Shown in pieces: positions 36,727 to 45,958 of a stretch of 64,000 nucleotides of DNA (position 1 is the stretch's first letter; the number at the start of each line of letters is the position of its first letter). The stretch lies in the IMG/VR virus record IMGVR_UViG_3300010403_000002, positions 1-64,000 of that record; one strand, given 5' to 3'. The stretch is from a virus. The notes below the pieces were generated by a model. That model saw nothing but the letters and a program-made list of their open reading frames with translations, was not told the DNA's origin and searched no databases. The translations under genes were made by a program, and so were the position numbers.

Positions 36727-38112
36727 TCATAGGTCGTTGTCCTTCCGTAGATTTTCAAAGCTTGCTGACACCTTGTTAAACCGCAGTTCGATCTTGCCGG
36801 TTGGCCCGTTGCGGTTTTTACCAATAATCAAATCAGCCAGTCCGACGCGCGTCGTTTCGGGTTTGTAGTATTCTTCCCGATGAAGCATCAGCACGATGTC
36901 TGGCTCGTATCCACCGACATAGGAAACGTCATTCAATGTCGGCGCTTTCACGTCCTGTCCTTCGGTTTTATTGAGCGGCAGAATTGCGATCAGTGGCGTG
37001 TTGAACTCTTTAGCGATTGCTTTTAGTTCTTGCGAAAGCGCCTCACAGCGAATCTTCTCGCTCGACTCTTGCGCGCGACTCGCGCCCGGCAAGCGCATCA
37101 GCGAAAGGTAATCCACCAGCACGAGCGAGAGCGGCTTACGCAGACGGCGCAGCTTGGCTCGCACCTGCATCGGTGAAAGCGCCGGACGGTCATCAACGGT
37201 GAGGTTACCGATGCGAGAGAGCACGACACGCGCCGCGTTGAGGCGCTTCCACTCTTCGGAACTCAGTGTGCCTGTCCGAAGTCTGCGCAAGTCAATGCGC
37301 GCTTCTTGTCCGTACCAGCGGTTCACGACCTGCTTTTTGCTCATCTCCATCGAGAAGACCGCAACCGTCTTACCTTCGTTGGCGGCGTGCTTGGCCGCAT
37401 TCAGTGCCGCGCAAAACGCGAATCCGCTTTTTCCCATCGAAGGCCGACCAGCCACGTAAACCAACTCGCCCGGCTCAAAGCCAGCCGTCAGATAGTCCAA
37501 GTCGTAAAAGCCAGTAGCCGTCCCGATGATTGATTTATTCGCCTCGGAAATCGTAATTATCTCAGAAAAGCGCACGTCGGCCATTTCCTTAACCGACTCC
37601 CACGTATCACGGCAACCGGGCAATTCCAGGTCGTAACCGACGCGCTGCGCCCGCTCAATTACGTCCTCAACGGATTCAGATTTGTCATAGGCAATTTCCA
37701 TGAGGAAGCGCGCCTGTGTGAGCACTTCGCGCCTAAGCGCCTGCTCTTTCACGGCACGGGTGTAGTTGTCAATGTTCGAGAAACGCGGCACGCCGTCGTA
37801 GAGACTGCTCAGGTAAGCCGGGCCACCAACGCGCTCTAGGTCGCCCGTGGCCTGCAATTCGTTCTGCAAAATCAGTGGCTCAAGTGAGTGGCCGCGCAAG
37901 ACAATGCGCCCCATCGCCGCGAAGATGACGCGATGACTGTGCAGTGAAAAAGTATCCTCTGGCTTGGCGTTCGGGCCGACTGGTAAAGCCGCCGCAGTTT
38001 CGGCATAAAGCGCTCCGCCGTCGAGCAGGAGCACGCCGAGGATCATCCGTTCAGCTTCGCTGTCGTGCGGTGCTACTCGTTCGAGTTGTGCGGAATTATT
38101 CTGTGACATCAT
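36727..38112 (-). CDS. dnaB: Replicative DNA helicase, DnaB family
   Basis: PHDSEAERMILG N-domain, GRPSMGKS Walker A, FSMEM, VDYL, KNRNGP. Confidence 0.92.
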   Translation of the reverse strand: MMSQNNSAQLERVAPHDSEAERMILGVLLLDGGALYAETAAALPVGPNAKPEDTFSLHSHRVIFAAMGRIVLRGHSLEPLILQNELQATGDLERVGGPAYLSSLYDGVPRFSNIDNYTRAVKEQALRREVLTQARFLMEIAYDKSESVEDVIERAQRVGYDLELPGCRDTWESVKEMADVRFSEIITISEANKSIIGTATGFYDLDYLTAGFEPGELVYVAGRPSMGKSGFAFCAALNAAKHAANEGKTVAVFSMEMSKKQVVNRWYGQEARIDLRRLRTGTLSSEEWKRLNAARVVLSRIGNLTVDDRPALSPMQVRAKLRRLRKPLSLVLVDYLSLMRLPGASRAQESSEKIRCEALSQELKAIAKEFNTPLIAILPLNKTEGQDVKAPTLNDVSYVGGYEPDIVLMLHREEYYKPETTRVGLADLIIGKNRNGPTGKIELRFNKVSASFENLRKDNDL

Positions 38113-38944
38113 CGCGCTTCTTGTGCTTGCCTTCGGTTAGTGCCGCCGTGCCGCGTCCTGTCCAATCGTCGTAGGCGGGGCCAGGTGGGGCGTGTGAACC
38201 GTTTCGCGCTGGCGCTCTCGCTTGATCCCTGCGCCAAGCGGTTAAATCGCGGACAACGAAATTCAGGGCGCTTGTTCTACTTCGCCCGGTGTCGAACTCG
38301 CGCAAGTCGGCAATTGTGAATTTTGCAAGTTGCAATTCTTTGGCGGCTTGTTTTATCCGACCGACAACGCTGTAGTGCCTGCTGGTTTCCGCTGTGATTT
38401 CAGCCAGGACGCATTCAAACTCCGAAAGCTGACCAGGTAGGGTTTCTTCGCCGAGGAAGTCAGAGGTGCACTCTCCCTCTCTCTTCTGACGGTCTTCCTG
38501 ACGGTTATTCCTTATATGCGTGTCGTCTCGTTCACCTTTTATGTCGTCAGCTTCACCTTTTACGCTCCCTAAAAGGTGAACGTCCTGCACCTTTTCTTGG
38601 TCTAATTGGTGAAGCTGGTTCACCTTTTTACCGTCTAAAAGGTGAAGCCCGTTCACCTTTTCTGTCGTTTCGTTCACCTTTTCTCCGGTCAGTAAGAGGC
38701 GATAGCGAGAGCGATTTCCGCGCCCGACTCCGCGTTGTTCGCAAACGATCAAGCCTGCCGATTCCAGGTGCTCGACGATGCCGATTGCTCCGCGTTTTGT
38801 TATGTCACAGGCTTCCGCAATCATGGTCATTGAAGGGAAACAGATACCCTGTTCATCCGCTCTTTCAGCTAAAAAAAGCAGGACGAGTTTACGTTCGGAC
38901 TTGAGTTTTACGCGCCATGCGGCGTCTCGGTATGCTCTGCTCAA
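38096..38944 (-). CDS. Replication initiator (N-terminal wHTH, lambda-O-like)
   Basis: KLVLLFLAERAD...CFPS...IA; internal iterons; probable TTG start after GGAG. Confidence 0.8.
   Translation of the reverse strand: MSRAYRDAAWRVKLKSERKLVLLFLAERADEQGICFPSMTMIAEACDITKRGAIGIVEHLESAGLIVCEQRGVGRGNRSRYRLLLTGEKVNETTEKVNGLHLLDGKKVNQLHQLDQEKVQDVHLLGSVKGEADDIKGERDDTHIRNNRQEDRQKREGECTSDFLGEETLPGQLSEFECVLAEITAETSRHYSVVGRIKQAAKELQLAKFTIADLREFDTGRSRTSALNFVVRDLTAWRRDQARAPARNGSHAPPGPAYDDWTGRGTAALTEGKHKKRDDVTE
38531..38682. repeat. Iterons, probable replication origin
   Basis: TTCACCTTTT at 38531, 38552, 38619, 38652, 38673; inverted AAAAGGTGAA at 38571, 38637; imperfect copies between. Confidence 0.85.
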
Positions 38945-38989
38945 TGTCCGCTCCGGGAAGGCTAAGGTGATGGAACGAACAGCACGGCC

Positions 38990-39160
38990 AGGTAGAATGG
39001 CTCGCCGTTCTTGGGCCTTGCCTTCAGAGTTGCTACACAGTGAAGACGCAGACGCGCGAGGCGGCGAGCCATCCGGCATGAATAAACTTGTGCGGATATA
39101 TTTGCAAGCCTGGTGGGCCACGCACGTCTTCCGCGATCATCACTGTGTAGCGCGGACAAT
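38990..39160 (-). ncRNA. Structured leader / CI-C4-like regulatory RNA upstream of the initiator
   Basis: 12-bp complementary pair 39032-39043/39140-39151; 11-bp stem 38997-39007/39062-39072; TGnTATATT promoter upstream. Confidence 0.5.
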
Positions 39161-39352
39161 ATAGCATAAATCCGAGATATGGTGTAACGAAAAATGCGTT
39201 TTAAGCCAATAAAGACGCGGGTTTTAGTGCGATTGCTCGCACGATTTTCGTGAGAAATGTTCACCGAAATCACCGTGAGATGTCACCAGTCCGTTGGGCA
39301 CCGTGCGGGCTGATGTAGGGTTAATAGTTTCGCTCCTGGTGGGAGCGGCGTT

Positions 39353-39607
39353 TTACTTGAACAGCACCGCGCGGACTGCGCAGTCTTTGGCCTCCAACAA
39401 TTTGCGTAGGGCAACCGTGCGCTCTGGGTTGCGCGGCAGAGCGGCGCCGATGGTGACAGTTCCACTCTCCGGCACGTTGTCGCCTTTAACGATGGCGTGC
39501 GCTAGGTCGCAGAAAGGTTTGCTGATTTCCTGCAAATGAGGGGGCAGGTGCTCATAAGCGAAGAATTGCAATAGTGGTTCGTTGGTCGGTTGGTTCTCAG
39601 TGTTCAT
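39353..39607 (-). CDS. Small helical phage protein, Acb2/Tad1-like candidate
   Basis: FFAYEHLP ... PRNPERTVALRKLLEAKDCAVRA. Confidence 0.55.
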   Translation of the reverse strand: MNTENQPTNEPLLQFFAYEHLPPHLQEISKPFCDLAHAIVKGDNVPESGTVTIGAALPRNPERTVALRKLLEAKDCAVRAVLFK

Positions 39608-39850
39608 AGGTTACCTCCTTGTTGTTAGTTCGAGAGTTACTCTGACCAGAAAAGCACGTACTCGATCAATCCGATCTGCTCCAGGAGGGCCTCGTCTTCT
39701 GTCTCGTTAAACTCTTCGCAGAGCGCGTCGTGCTTGGCGATTAACCGTTCTCGTTCTTGAATGGACATGAGTACCTCCTGGTTGTTGTATGGCCCGCCTC
39801 CTCCCAATCAACACAGCGCGCCGCGCGGGCTAGACGGAGCGCCGATCTTG

Positions 39851-40315
39851 CTAAAAAGGTATTTCGTCGTCGTCATGTTTGGACATTCGCGTTGCAGCGG
39901 TCGCCGCCGCTGGCTTGCTGCTCGGCGCGCGCTTGGCCGGTTCTCGCGTTTCCGCCTTGGCTGGTTGGTCTCCCTCGCCGCGCTCGGTTTTTGCGCCGAT
40001 GAATTGCAGTTCGGTGGCTGTTACTTCCAGCGACGAGCGTTTGTTGCCGTCGCGGTCGGTGAATTCCTCCAGGCGCACACGGCCTTCGAGGTAGACCGGT
40101 TTGCCTTTCGACAGGTACTCACTCGACACTTCCGCGAGCCTGCCCCAGCACGTGACGCGGAACCATGTGGCGACTTCTTCGTTTTCGCCGTTATTCTTGC
40201 GGCGCTCGGTGGTGGCCACGGAGAACTTGCAAATGGCTGTGCCTTGCGGTGTAAACTTCAGCTCGGGATCGCGGCCTAGATGGCCTATTATGATGATTTT
40301 GTTGAAAGATGACAT
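39851..40315 (-). CDS. ssb: Single-stranded DNA-binding protein
   Basis: NKIIIIGHLGRDPE ... acidic DDEIPF tail. Confidence 0.95.
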   Translation of the reverse strand: MSSFNKIIIIGHLGRDPELKFTPQGTAICKFSVATTERRKNNGENEEVATWFRVTCWGRLAEVSSEYLSKGKPVYLEGRVRLEEFTDRDGNKRSSLEVTATELQFIGAKTERGEGDQPAKAETREPAKRAPSSKPAAATAATRMSKHDDDEIPF

Positions 40316-40326
40316 GCGTGTTTCTC

Positions 40327-40728
40327 CTAGCTTAGCCTGTTATGAAGTTCGTTAATTGCCCGCTCTAGCGCGCTCATCGCGTCTGCGATGTCTACCCACC
40401 CGATGAACCGCTCACCGTCTTCGGCCTTGCCGTAGGCATACTCTTCAAGTTCTGGGTGTAACTGGCGCAGTCTATTTAGTAGCGCTTGGTCATTCTTTGC
40501 CCACTCTTCGCGCTCCTGTTCAGACTGTTGCATTCGCACCATGTCCAGATCGTGACACTCACCGCGCAGATGGAATCCTGGCATTAAGCAGCGGTCTGGA
40601 AACTCGCAGCCGAATAAGTCGTCTTCTTCGTCGGGCGCGTCGAAATAGTCAGGGCCGCGATAATCCAAGTCGTCAGGCTCGAAGCCGTGCATTGTGTCTG
40701 TGATGTCGTCGTAAAGCTCAGTCTGCAT
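40327..40728 (-). CDS. Acidic hypothetical protein
   Basis: ORF in operon. Confidence 0.6.
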   Translation of the reverse strand: MQTELYDDITDTMHGFEPDDLDYRGPDYFDAPDEEDDLFGCEFPDRCLMPGFHLRGECHDLDMVRMQQSEQEREEWAKNDQALLNRLRQLHPELEEYAYGKAEDGERFIGWVDIADAMSALERAINELHNRLS

Positions 40729-40745
40729 ACTCGCGCCTGCCTTGG

Positions 40746-41276
40746 TTAAGGTTTGTGATATAAATAAAGCCCCAGGCCGAACTTAGCTGCTGCGCGCCGC
40801 AGTGCCATTGATTCGGCGTTGCTAGAAGGGTCTCCGTACATCCGCTCGCCCTCTTCCGGCTCTTCCTCGGTGCCGGTGGCTTCGCGGTAGACAATCCCTT
40901 CAAGACAGGGAATGGAAAGCCGCACCGTCAGAACAAGCCGCCCTTCCGTGTTCCAGACGGTCGAGCGCACCTCGTAGCTCCAGCCGGCGGCATGGAGGTC
41001 GAGGTATTTCACGGCGTGATACCAGGGGATGAAGCTTATCGCCCTGCCACCTTTGGTTTTCTGTTTTAAGTGGCGCTCTTTAATCGGCTGAGACAGGTCG
41101 GCGATGATTGCAGCAAGGGGATGCAGTGCCGCAGTCTGCGTTAGTGACTGTTTTGCGTCCGCGTCTTTCTTCCATTCCGCGTAGTGTGGCGGGCAGAAGC
41201 CTTCCCGCGTTTGGCCGGTATATTTACATTCTGCTACTTCGCAGGTTATAACTGGGACTACAACTTGAGCTTTCAT
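40746..41276 (-). CDS. Rad52/Rad22-like (Sak) single-strand annealing protein
   Basis: GWSYEV, AESMALRRAAAKFGLGLYLY. Confidence 0.85.
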   Translation of the reverse strand: MKAQVVVPVITCEVAECKYTGQTREGFCPPHYAEWKKDADAKQSLTQTAALHPLAAIIADLSQPIKERHLKQKTKGGRAISFIPWYHAVKYLDLHAAGWSYEVRSTVWNTEGRLVLTVRLSIPCLEGIVYREATGTEEEPEEGERMYGDPSSNAESMALRRAAAKFGLGLYLYHKP

Positions 41277-41625
41277 AGTGTTCCTCTCTATTCCTCTTCG
41301 TCGAAGTGAATCGTCAAATGAATGTCCACTCCCGCTACCTTGAGCGCCAGCAGCGTGGCATCCGGGAGCCTATATAAGACTCTCGCGCCGAGCGTCGGGC
41401 GCAACAGAGCAAGAATCGCTTGCTCGATTGCACGGCGTTTGCTGTTGCTCATGCTGCCTCCGTCTTTCTCCGTTCGTTCATTTCCTGATAGCCGCGCGCC
41501 GTTTCCATCGCCGCCTTCGTGCCGTGGATTTGCCAGATGAGCTGCACGCAGACGCGCTGTAGCGATGTGAGTGTGATCATTGCTGTCAACAAGGGGATCG
41601 GATATTTCATTGAACTTCCGTGTGT

Positions 41626-41661
41626 AAAAACGCGGGGCGAATGCTTGCGCGCCCACCCCGC
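41626..41661 (-). terminator. Intrinsic terminator
   Basis: GCGGGG...CCCCGC stem followed by GTTTTT on the minus strand. Confidence 0.55.
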
Positions 41662-41690
41662 CAAGACGCTGGATTGGTGCGGATGTGATT

Positions 41691-41763
41691 CGCGCGTGCC
41701 GAAGTTGAATCGGCTTAGGGCTAGTAATTCCCCAACTAGCCTTAGAGTCCACACTCACGCGCG
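41691..41763 (-). ncRNA. tRNA-like cloverleaf element (non-canonical)
   Basis: 7-bp acceptor stem CGCGCGU/ACGCGCG, D-like hairpin, 7-bp central arm, T-arm GCCGA-UUCAACU-UCGGC. Confidence 0.55.
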
Positions 41764-41959
41764 AGCAATGCGATGACAGCCGGTGTTTAGCCGCTCAGCT
41801 GACCTTTACAGATGCCTCTGTACCTGCCGGTAGCTAAACGTCTCAAGGGTCAGCAATCCGACTGCAACCGCAATTTCAAAGACCGCCCGGCGTGGAGCGG
41901 GACAAGCTCACAGCGCCGGGCTTTCCGAGCGGCATCCCGCGCTCGGAAGATGAACATTC

Positions 41960-42295
41960 TTACGCTCGCATCAGCGCGTATATAAGCTTGGCCTTTGTTG
42001 GCAGGCCCGCCGGTGCGGTATAGACGTAGATTTGATTAATGCGCTGGCTGCGCTCAGCTACCGTCCCGCTGATCTGTCGCGGGCATTTCATTCCGCGAAT
42101 GCCGTTGGTTAAGCGTACCTGGATTGTCGTCAGCAGTTGAACGTCAGCAGACCTGGAAGCCAGGAGCAAGAGTCGCTTCACTTCATCAAGCGAGAGCGGA
42201 CTGTAGGCGCGTTTGGGTTTGCCGTCGTATCGTGCGCCGCGCTCGTGCGGGCAGCGAGTATCCAGCAGTTGGTCTTGCATTGGTTCTCTTTTCAT
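41960..42295 (-). CDS. Hypothetical protein
   Basis: ORF in early operon. Confidence 0.5.
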   Translation of the reverse strand: MKREPMQDQLLDTRCPHERGARYDGKPKRAYSPLSLDEVKRLLLLASRSADVQLLTTIQVRLTNGIRGMKCPRQISGTVAERSQRINQIYVYTAPAGLPTKAKLIYALMRA

Positions 42296-42659
42296 ATATC
42301 GAACCTCCCATAACGCTCGCCTTTTTGTAGCAAACTTGGCGCAACCATCACGGCTTTCTCGCGCTCGTCTTGCGCTGCTACGATCTGCTCGAAGTCGAGC
42401 GATTCGTCATCGTTCAGTTTCCGAACCATTGAATCGAGAAATGCCTTCGCTGGCGATTGCTCAATCCTTGGCGCGTGTGACCGTCGCCCCTTGTCAGTCA
42501 CCGCAGGCATCGTGGCGGCGCGCTCAGCACGAACAATCTCGTGCAGTAGCAAGCTGACCTTGGCTGCCGACTCCTTGGCTTGCTCGAAGCGCTCAGCGGC
42601 GACGTGTTGTTCGAGCGCGTCGAGGTGCATAGCTAGCTGTTGTTTCAGGTCAGCGGTGT

Positions 42660-43067
42660 TCACTTGGCTACCCTTTCCTGTGTGGCGGCGATTGGTGCAG
42701 TTTGTTGAAGTTCGGCGAGCAAGTCGCGCGCGGCTTCTAAAATCATAAAGGCTCGCATTTCGCCTTTGTCTATCCATCCAGTGCTGTCTGTTGCGCCGTT
42801 CCGCGCTGATCCGGGCAAGTCGGTCTCGCGCTCAATTAACGACAGGAGATCCTGAAGTATTTCTGCCACCTTCCCGTTCTCCGCATCGTTCCATAGCTGC
42901 ACAAAACGTTTTGCTACCCATTCATCTTCGCATTCAGCCAGATGCAAAAATAGGCCGCACTCGTTGTAGATGTGATAGCGCGTCACCTCTTGCGCGCCCG
43001 ACACAAAGTCCCGCTCGGTTTCTTGTTGATAGCGAATATGTATTGGTGTTTTTGCTTGTTCGCTCAT
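42660..43067 (-). CDS. Hypothetical protein
   Basis: RBS GGAGG. Confidence 0.6.
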   Translation of the reverse strand: MSEQAKTPIHIRYQQETERDFVSGAQEVTRYHIYNECGLFLHLAECEDEWVAKRFVQLWNDAENGKVAEILQDLLSLIERETDLPGSARNGATDSTGWIDKGEMRAFMILEAARDLLAELQQTAPIAATQERVAK

Positions 43068-43094
43068 CTTCTTTACCTCCCTCTACGTTGCCTT

Positions 43095-43382
43095 TCAGCG
43101 CAGCCCTTCGATAAGCCGCAGCGCCCGTTCTTTGGGCTGTTGCCGGGCTTTTGCTTTTGCAATCCACGCCGAACGCAGCGCCATCACTTCAACCTTGAGC
43201 AGTCGCACGATGGTGCGTTGGCCGTTCACCACGCGCACTCTCGTTAAACTGTCCGTGCCCCCCTTGCCGTCCCGCACTGTGTTTGGCGCGAGCGTTAAGA
43301 TTCGCCCTGCCTCGTTGCAGTCAATAAGTTCATCCGGGTCGTTGAGCGGTGCGGCCAGTTGGGTTTTGAGCTTGGCTTTCAT
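43095..43382 (-). CDS. Excisionase-like HTH protein
   Basis: LIDCNEAGRILTLAPNTVR; first gene after the regulated promoter. Confidence 0.55.
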   Translation of the reverse strand: MKAKLKTQLAAPLNDPDELIDCNEAGRILTLAPNTVRDGKGGTDSLTRVRVVNGQRTIVRLLKVEVMALRSAWIAKAKARQQPKERALRLIEGLR

Positions 43383-43536
43383 GGCGTGTCTCAGTCGCAC
43401 CCGCAGGAGTGGTCAACCCCATCCCTCAACGAAAATCAACCACTCCTGCGGACGCTTCACCTCAAAGTAGAAGCGGACGGCGCGTGCCGCTCGCCGCCAG
43501 CGAAGACCGTTAGTGGTTTCGCTGACGGATGACAGT

Positions 43537-43890
43537 GTATAGTAGAACTATACCGCTTGTCAAGTGAGACTATACACTTTTTGCAATTTTGCTCTCGGTA
43601 CGATATTATAGGCAATCAGCAGACGCAGTAAGGTGCTACCTCTCGGCTCGGATTCGCCGGTCTCGTATTGTGAGACCGCCCCTTTTGTAACCTTTAGTAA
43701 GTCGGCAACTTGCACTTGAGTGAGTCCGGCTTTCCGGCGTGCCTTTTGTAACTTTTTGGGGTCAAGTTTGATCTCCAGAAGATTATCCATAGCGGGCCAA
43801 TTATCCCTACCTCCCTAGGCGAAGTCAAGTAGCACTATACAGAAAAAAGTAGTCAAACTAGACAAGAAGGAATGTATAGTGGGACTATAC
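43537..43890. promoter_or_regulatory. Five 17-bp operators (GTATAG-N5-CTATAC consensus) and two leftward promoters
   Basis: Operators at 43537, 43559, 43824, 43847 (degenerate) and 43874; minus-strand TTGACA-18-TACACT and TTGACT-17-GATAAT. Confidence 0.8.
43560..43790 (-). CDS. Cro-like XRE HTH regulator
   Basis: ARRKAGLTQVQVADLLKVTKGAVSQYETG. Confidence 0.9.
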   Translation of the reverse strand: MDNLLEIKLDPKKLQKARRKAGLTQVQVADLLKVTKGAVSQYETGESEPRGSTLLRLLIAYNIVPRAKLQKVYSLT

Positions 43891-43892
43891 CT

Positions 43893-44294
43893 ATGAGCAA
43901 GGATAAGCAGACTTTCGGGCAGTGGCTGTACGCAGCGCGTCGTAGTAGGAAACTGACGCAACAGGGTCTGTCGGATAAGACGAACGGTGCGGTGAGCAAG
44001 GCCTACATCAGCTTATTGGAAACTGACCGGCTCACGAATAAAGGGCGGGCACATCAGCCTAGCCAGGACGCCTTGAAGGCGATAGCGAGGGCGCTGGATA
44101 TTCCTTTAGGTGAGGCGATGCAGGCGGCGGGATGGGACATTACCTTGCCAGTGAAACACATGACCCGTGTTCATCGCATTGCGGCATTGTTCGAGCAGGT
44201 TCCCGAAGTCCAGCAAGTCACCTTTGAAGAGGATAACGATGAGTGGCTTGGCGTACTTGAAAACAAAATTAAGCGGCTCGTAGAAGAGCCATAA
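43893..44294 (+). CDS. XRE-family immunity repressor (ImmR-like)
   Basis: HTH LTQQGLS...VSKAYISLLE; divergent from cro; no S24 domain. Confidence 0.85.
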   Translation: MSKDKQTFGQWLYAARRSRKLTQQGLSDKTNGAVSKAYISLLETDRLTNKGRAHQPSQDALKAIARALDIPLGEAMQAAGWDITLPVKHMTRVHRIAALFEQVPEVQQVTFEEDNDEWLGVLENKIKRLVEEP

Positions 44295-44345
44295 TATCAC
44301 CTGTAGTATCACTTGCTGGATTGGCCTTACAGACAGGAGGCCACC

Positions 44346-44768
44346 TTGAAAACTATTCCTCAACGCCTATGCAAGCTCGGCTGGAACCGGCGCGTCCTTA
44401 CCTACGCTGATTTCGAACAAGCCTGCGAAGACGATCAGATCACTGTCATTACGAAGCATCTGCCCGACGACCTGGGGCAGTACCGCATCGAACAGAGCAG
44501 GGAAGTGATTACGCTCGACCGCGCATTGCACGACCCGCTGCGCGTCTTCGTTGCCTTTCACGAGTTTGGTCACGCGCTCTATCACGTGCCAGGGCATTAC
44601 GGGTTGCACGCGAAGACCGAGCTTGAGGCTGACGTGATCGCCGTGGTGGCGTTGCTGCCGCGACCGTTACTTTACAAGTTATCACCCGGAGAGATTTCCG
44701 AAGCGCTGGGCTATCCACTCTCGCTGATTGATGAGCGGTATAGCATCTTGCGCAACCTTCAACTTTAA
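44346..44768 (+). CDS. ImmA/IrrE family metallopeptidase
   Basis: HEFGH ... ELEAD; RBS AGGAGG before a TTG start. Confidence 0.85.
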   Translation: MKTIPQRLCKLGWNRRVLTYADFEQACEDDQITVITKHLPDDLGQYRIEQSREVITLDRALHDPLRVFVAFHEFGHALYHVPGHYGLHAKTELEADVIAVVALLPRPLLYKLSPGEISEALGYPLSLIDERYSILRNLQL

Positions 44769-45958
44769 TGGCAATCAAGAAAGTCTACAGCAAACGACAG
44801 AAGGCGCACGTCTGGGGCTTTGACGTGTGGGTCGGCGGTCGGCGCAAGCGTGACTTCGCCTTTGCCACCAAGCGCGAAGCCGAAGACGCTGAGGCGGCGC
44901 TCAAGCTCGCTGCGCGGGCCGACAAGTACGGCCTGGCACGCGAGCGGGTGAAAATTACCGTGGCCGATCTGGTCGAAGCCCGCGCCGCCGCCTTGCTCGC
45001 CGCTGAGAAAGAAGGGAAGGACTGGAACCGGCGGCGCGCGGTCAAGGTGCTCCGCGCGTGGCTGAAGACGCTGCCCGCCGGTCTTGCGGTGGTTGAGGTA
45101 AAGACCGCGCACGTGAGCAAATATCTTGAGCAGCGGCGACCACACTTAAAGCAATGGTCGCTGATCCACGAACTCAGCCACATACGTTCCTGCTTGAGCA
45201 GCGCGCCGAATCACTTTCCCGGATTGCAAGACTACCAGCCGCCGAAGATGCCATCGCTGCCTGCGCCACGCCGGGGCCGCGAGCGCGTGCTTGAGCCTGA
45301 AGAGTTGGAGAAGATCCAAGCTCAACTGCGCGCGCCCTGGCCGCGTGCATCCGCGCGTGATTGCAAGCGCCGTGCGGTGTTGGCCGACTTCCTGGAATTC
45401 CTGGTGCTGACTGGGATGCGCCAGGGCGAAGCCGGGCGGCTGCGCCAAGCCGATGTCAATCTGCGTTGGCATACGGCGCGCGTGGAGGCGACGAAGACCG
45501 ACACGGTGCGCACCGTCCATTTGAACGCGCGTGCTGAAGAGATCGTCAGACGACAATTGGAAGGGAATCAGACTGACTGGGTGTGGCCGAACGAGCAGGG
45601 AACTGGCTCTTACAAAATCCATCGCACCGTCTTGAAGAAATGGTGCAAGCGCGCGGGTGTCGTCTATGGTAATAACGTGGCTGGTGGTTTCGTCCCTCAC
45701 GACTCGCGCCACACGTCGGCAACTGAGATGCTTCGTGCTGGCGCAGATCTCCCGACCGTTGGCGCGGTACTTGGCCATTCAGATATGACCATGACGATGC
45801 GCTATGGTCATACCTCACCCACTCAGCAACGCGCGGCGATTGACAGGCTTGCTGAGTATGGCGTCCATTTGGAGTCTAAAGTTCGTCTAAACGACAGACC
45901 GCTAACGGAGTCCCAGAGCGGGCAGAGCGAAGCCGAAGCACTGCGAAAAACTTCCTAA
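44768..45958 (+). CDS. int: Tyrosine recombinase/integrase
   Basis: TGMRQGE, ATKT, HDSRH, LGHS, RY catalytic set. Confidence 0.95.
   Translation: MAIKKVYSKRQKAHVWGFDVWVGGRRKRDFAFATKREAEDAEAALKLAARADKYGLARERVKITVADLVEARAAALLAAEKEGKDWNRRRAVKVLRAWLKTLPAGLAVVEVKTAHVSKYLEQRRPHLKQWSLIHELSHIRSCLSSAPNHFPGLQDYQPPKMPSLPAPRRGRERVLEPEELEKIQAQLRAPWPRASARDCKRRAVLADFLEFLVLTGMRQGEAGRLRQADVNLRWHTARVEATKTDTVRTVHLNARAEEIVRRQLEGNQTDWVWPNEQGTGSYKIHRTVLKKWCKRAGVVYGNNVAGGFVPHDSRHTSATEMLRAGADLPTVGAVLGHSDMTMTMRYGHTSPTQQRAAIDRLAEYGVHLESKVRLNDRPLTESQSGQSEAEALRKTS

Noticed and set aside
38531-38682. CRISPR or TIGR-type array
   Set aside because: Repeats are 10 bp, in mixed orientation and inside the initiator gene, which fits iterons.
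41691-41763. Canonical tRNA gene
   Set aside because: No 5-bp/7-nt anticodon arm, no U8/A14 pattern and no CCA. Kept only as tRNA-like.
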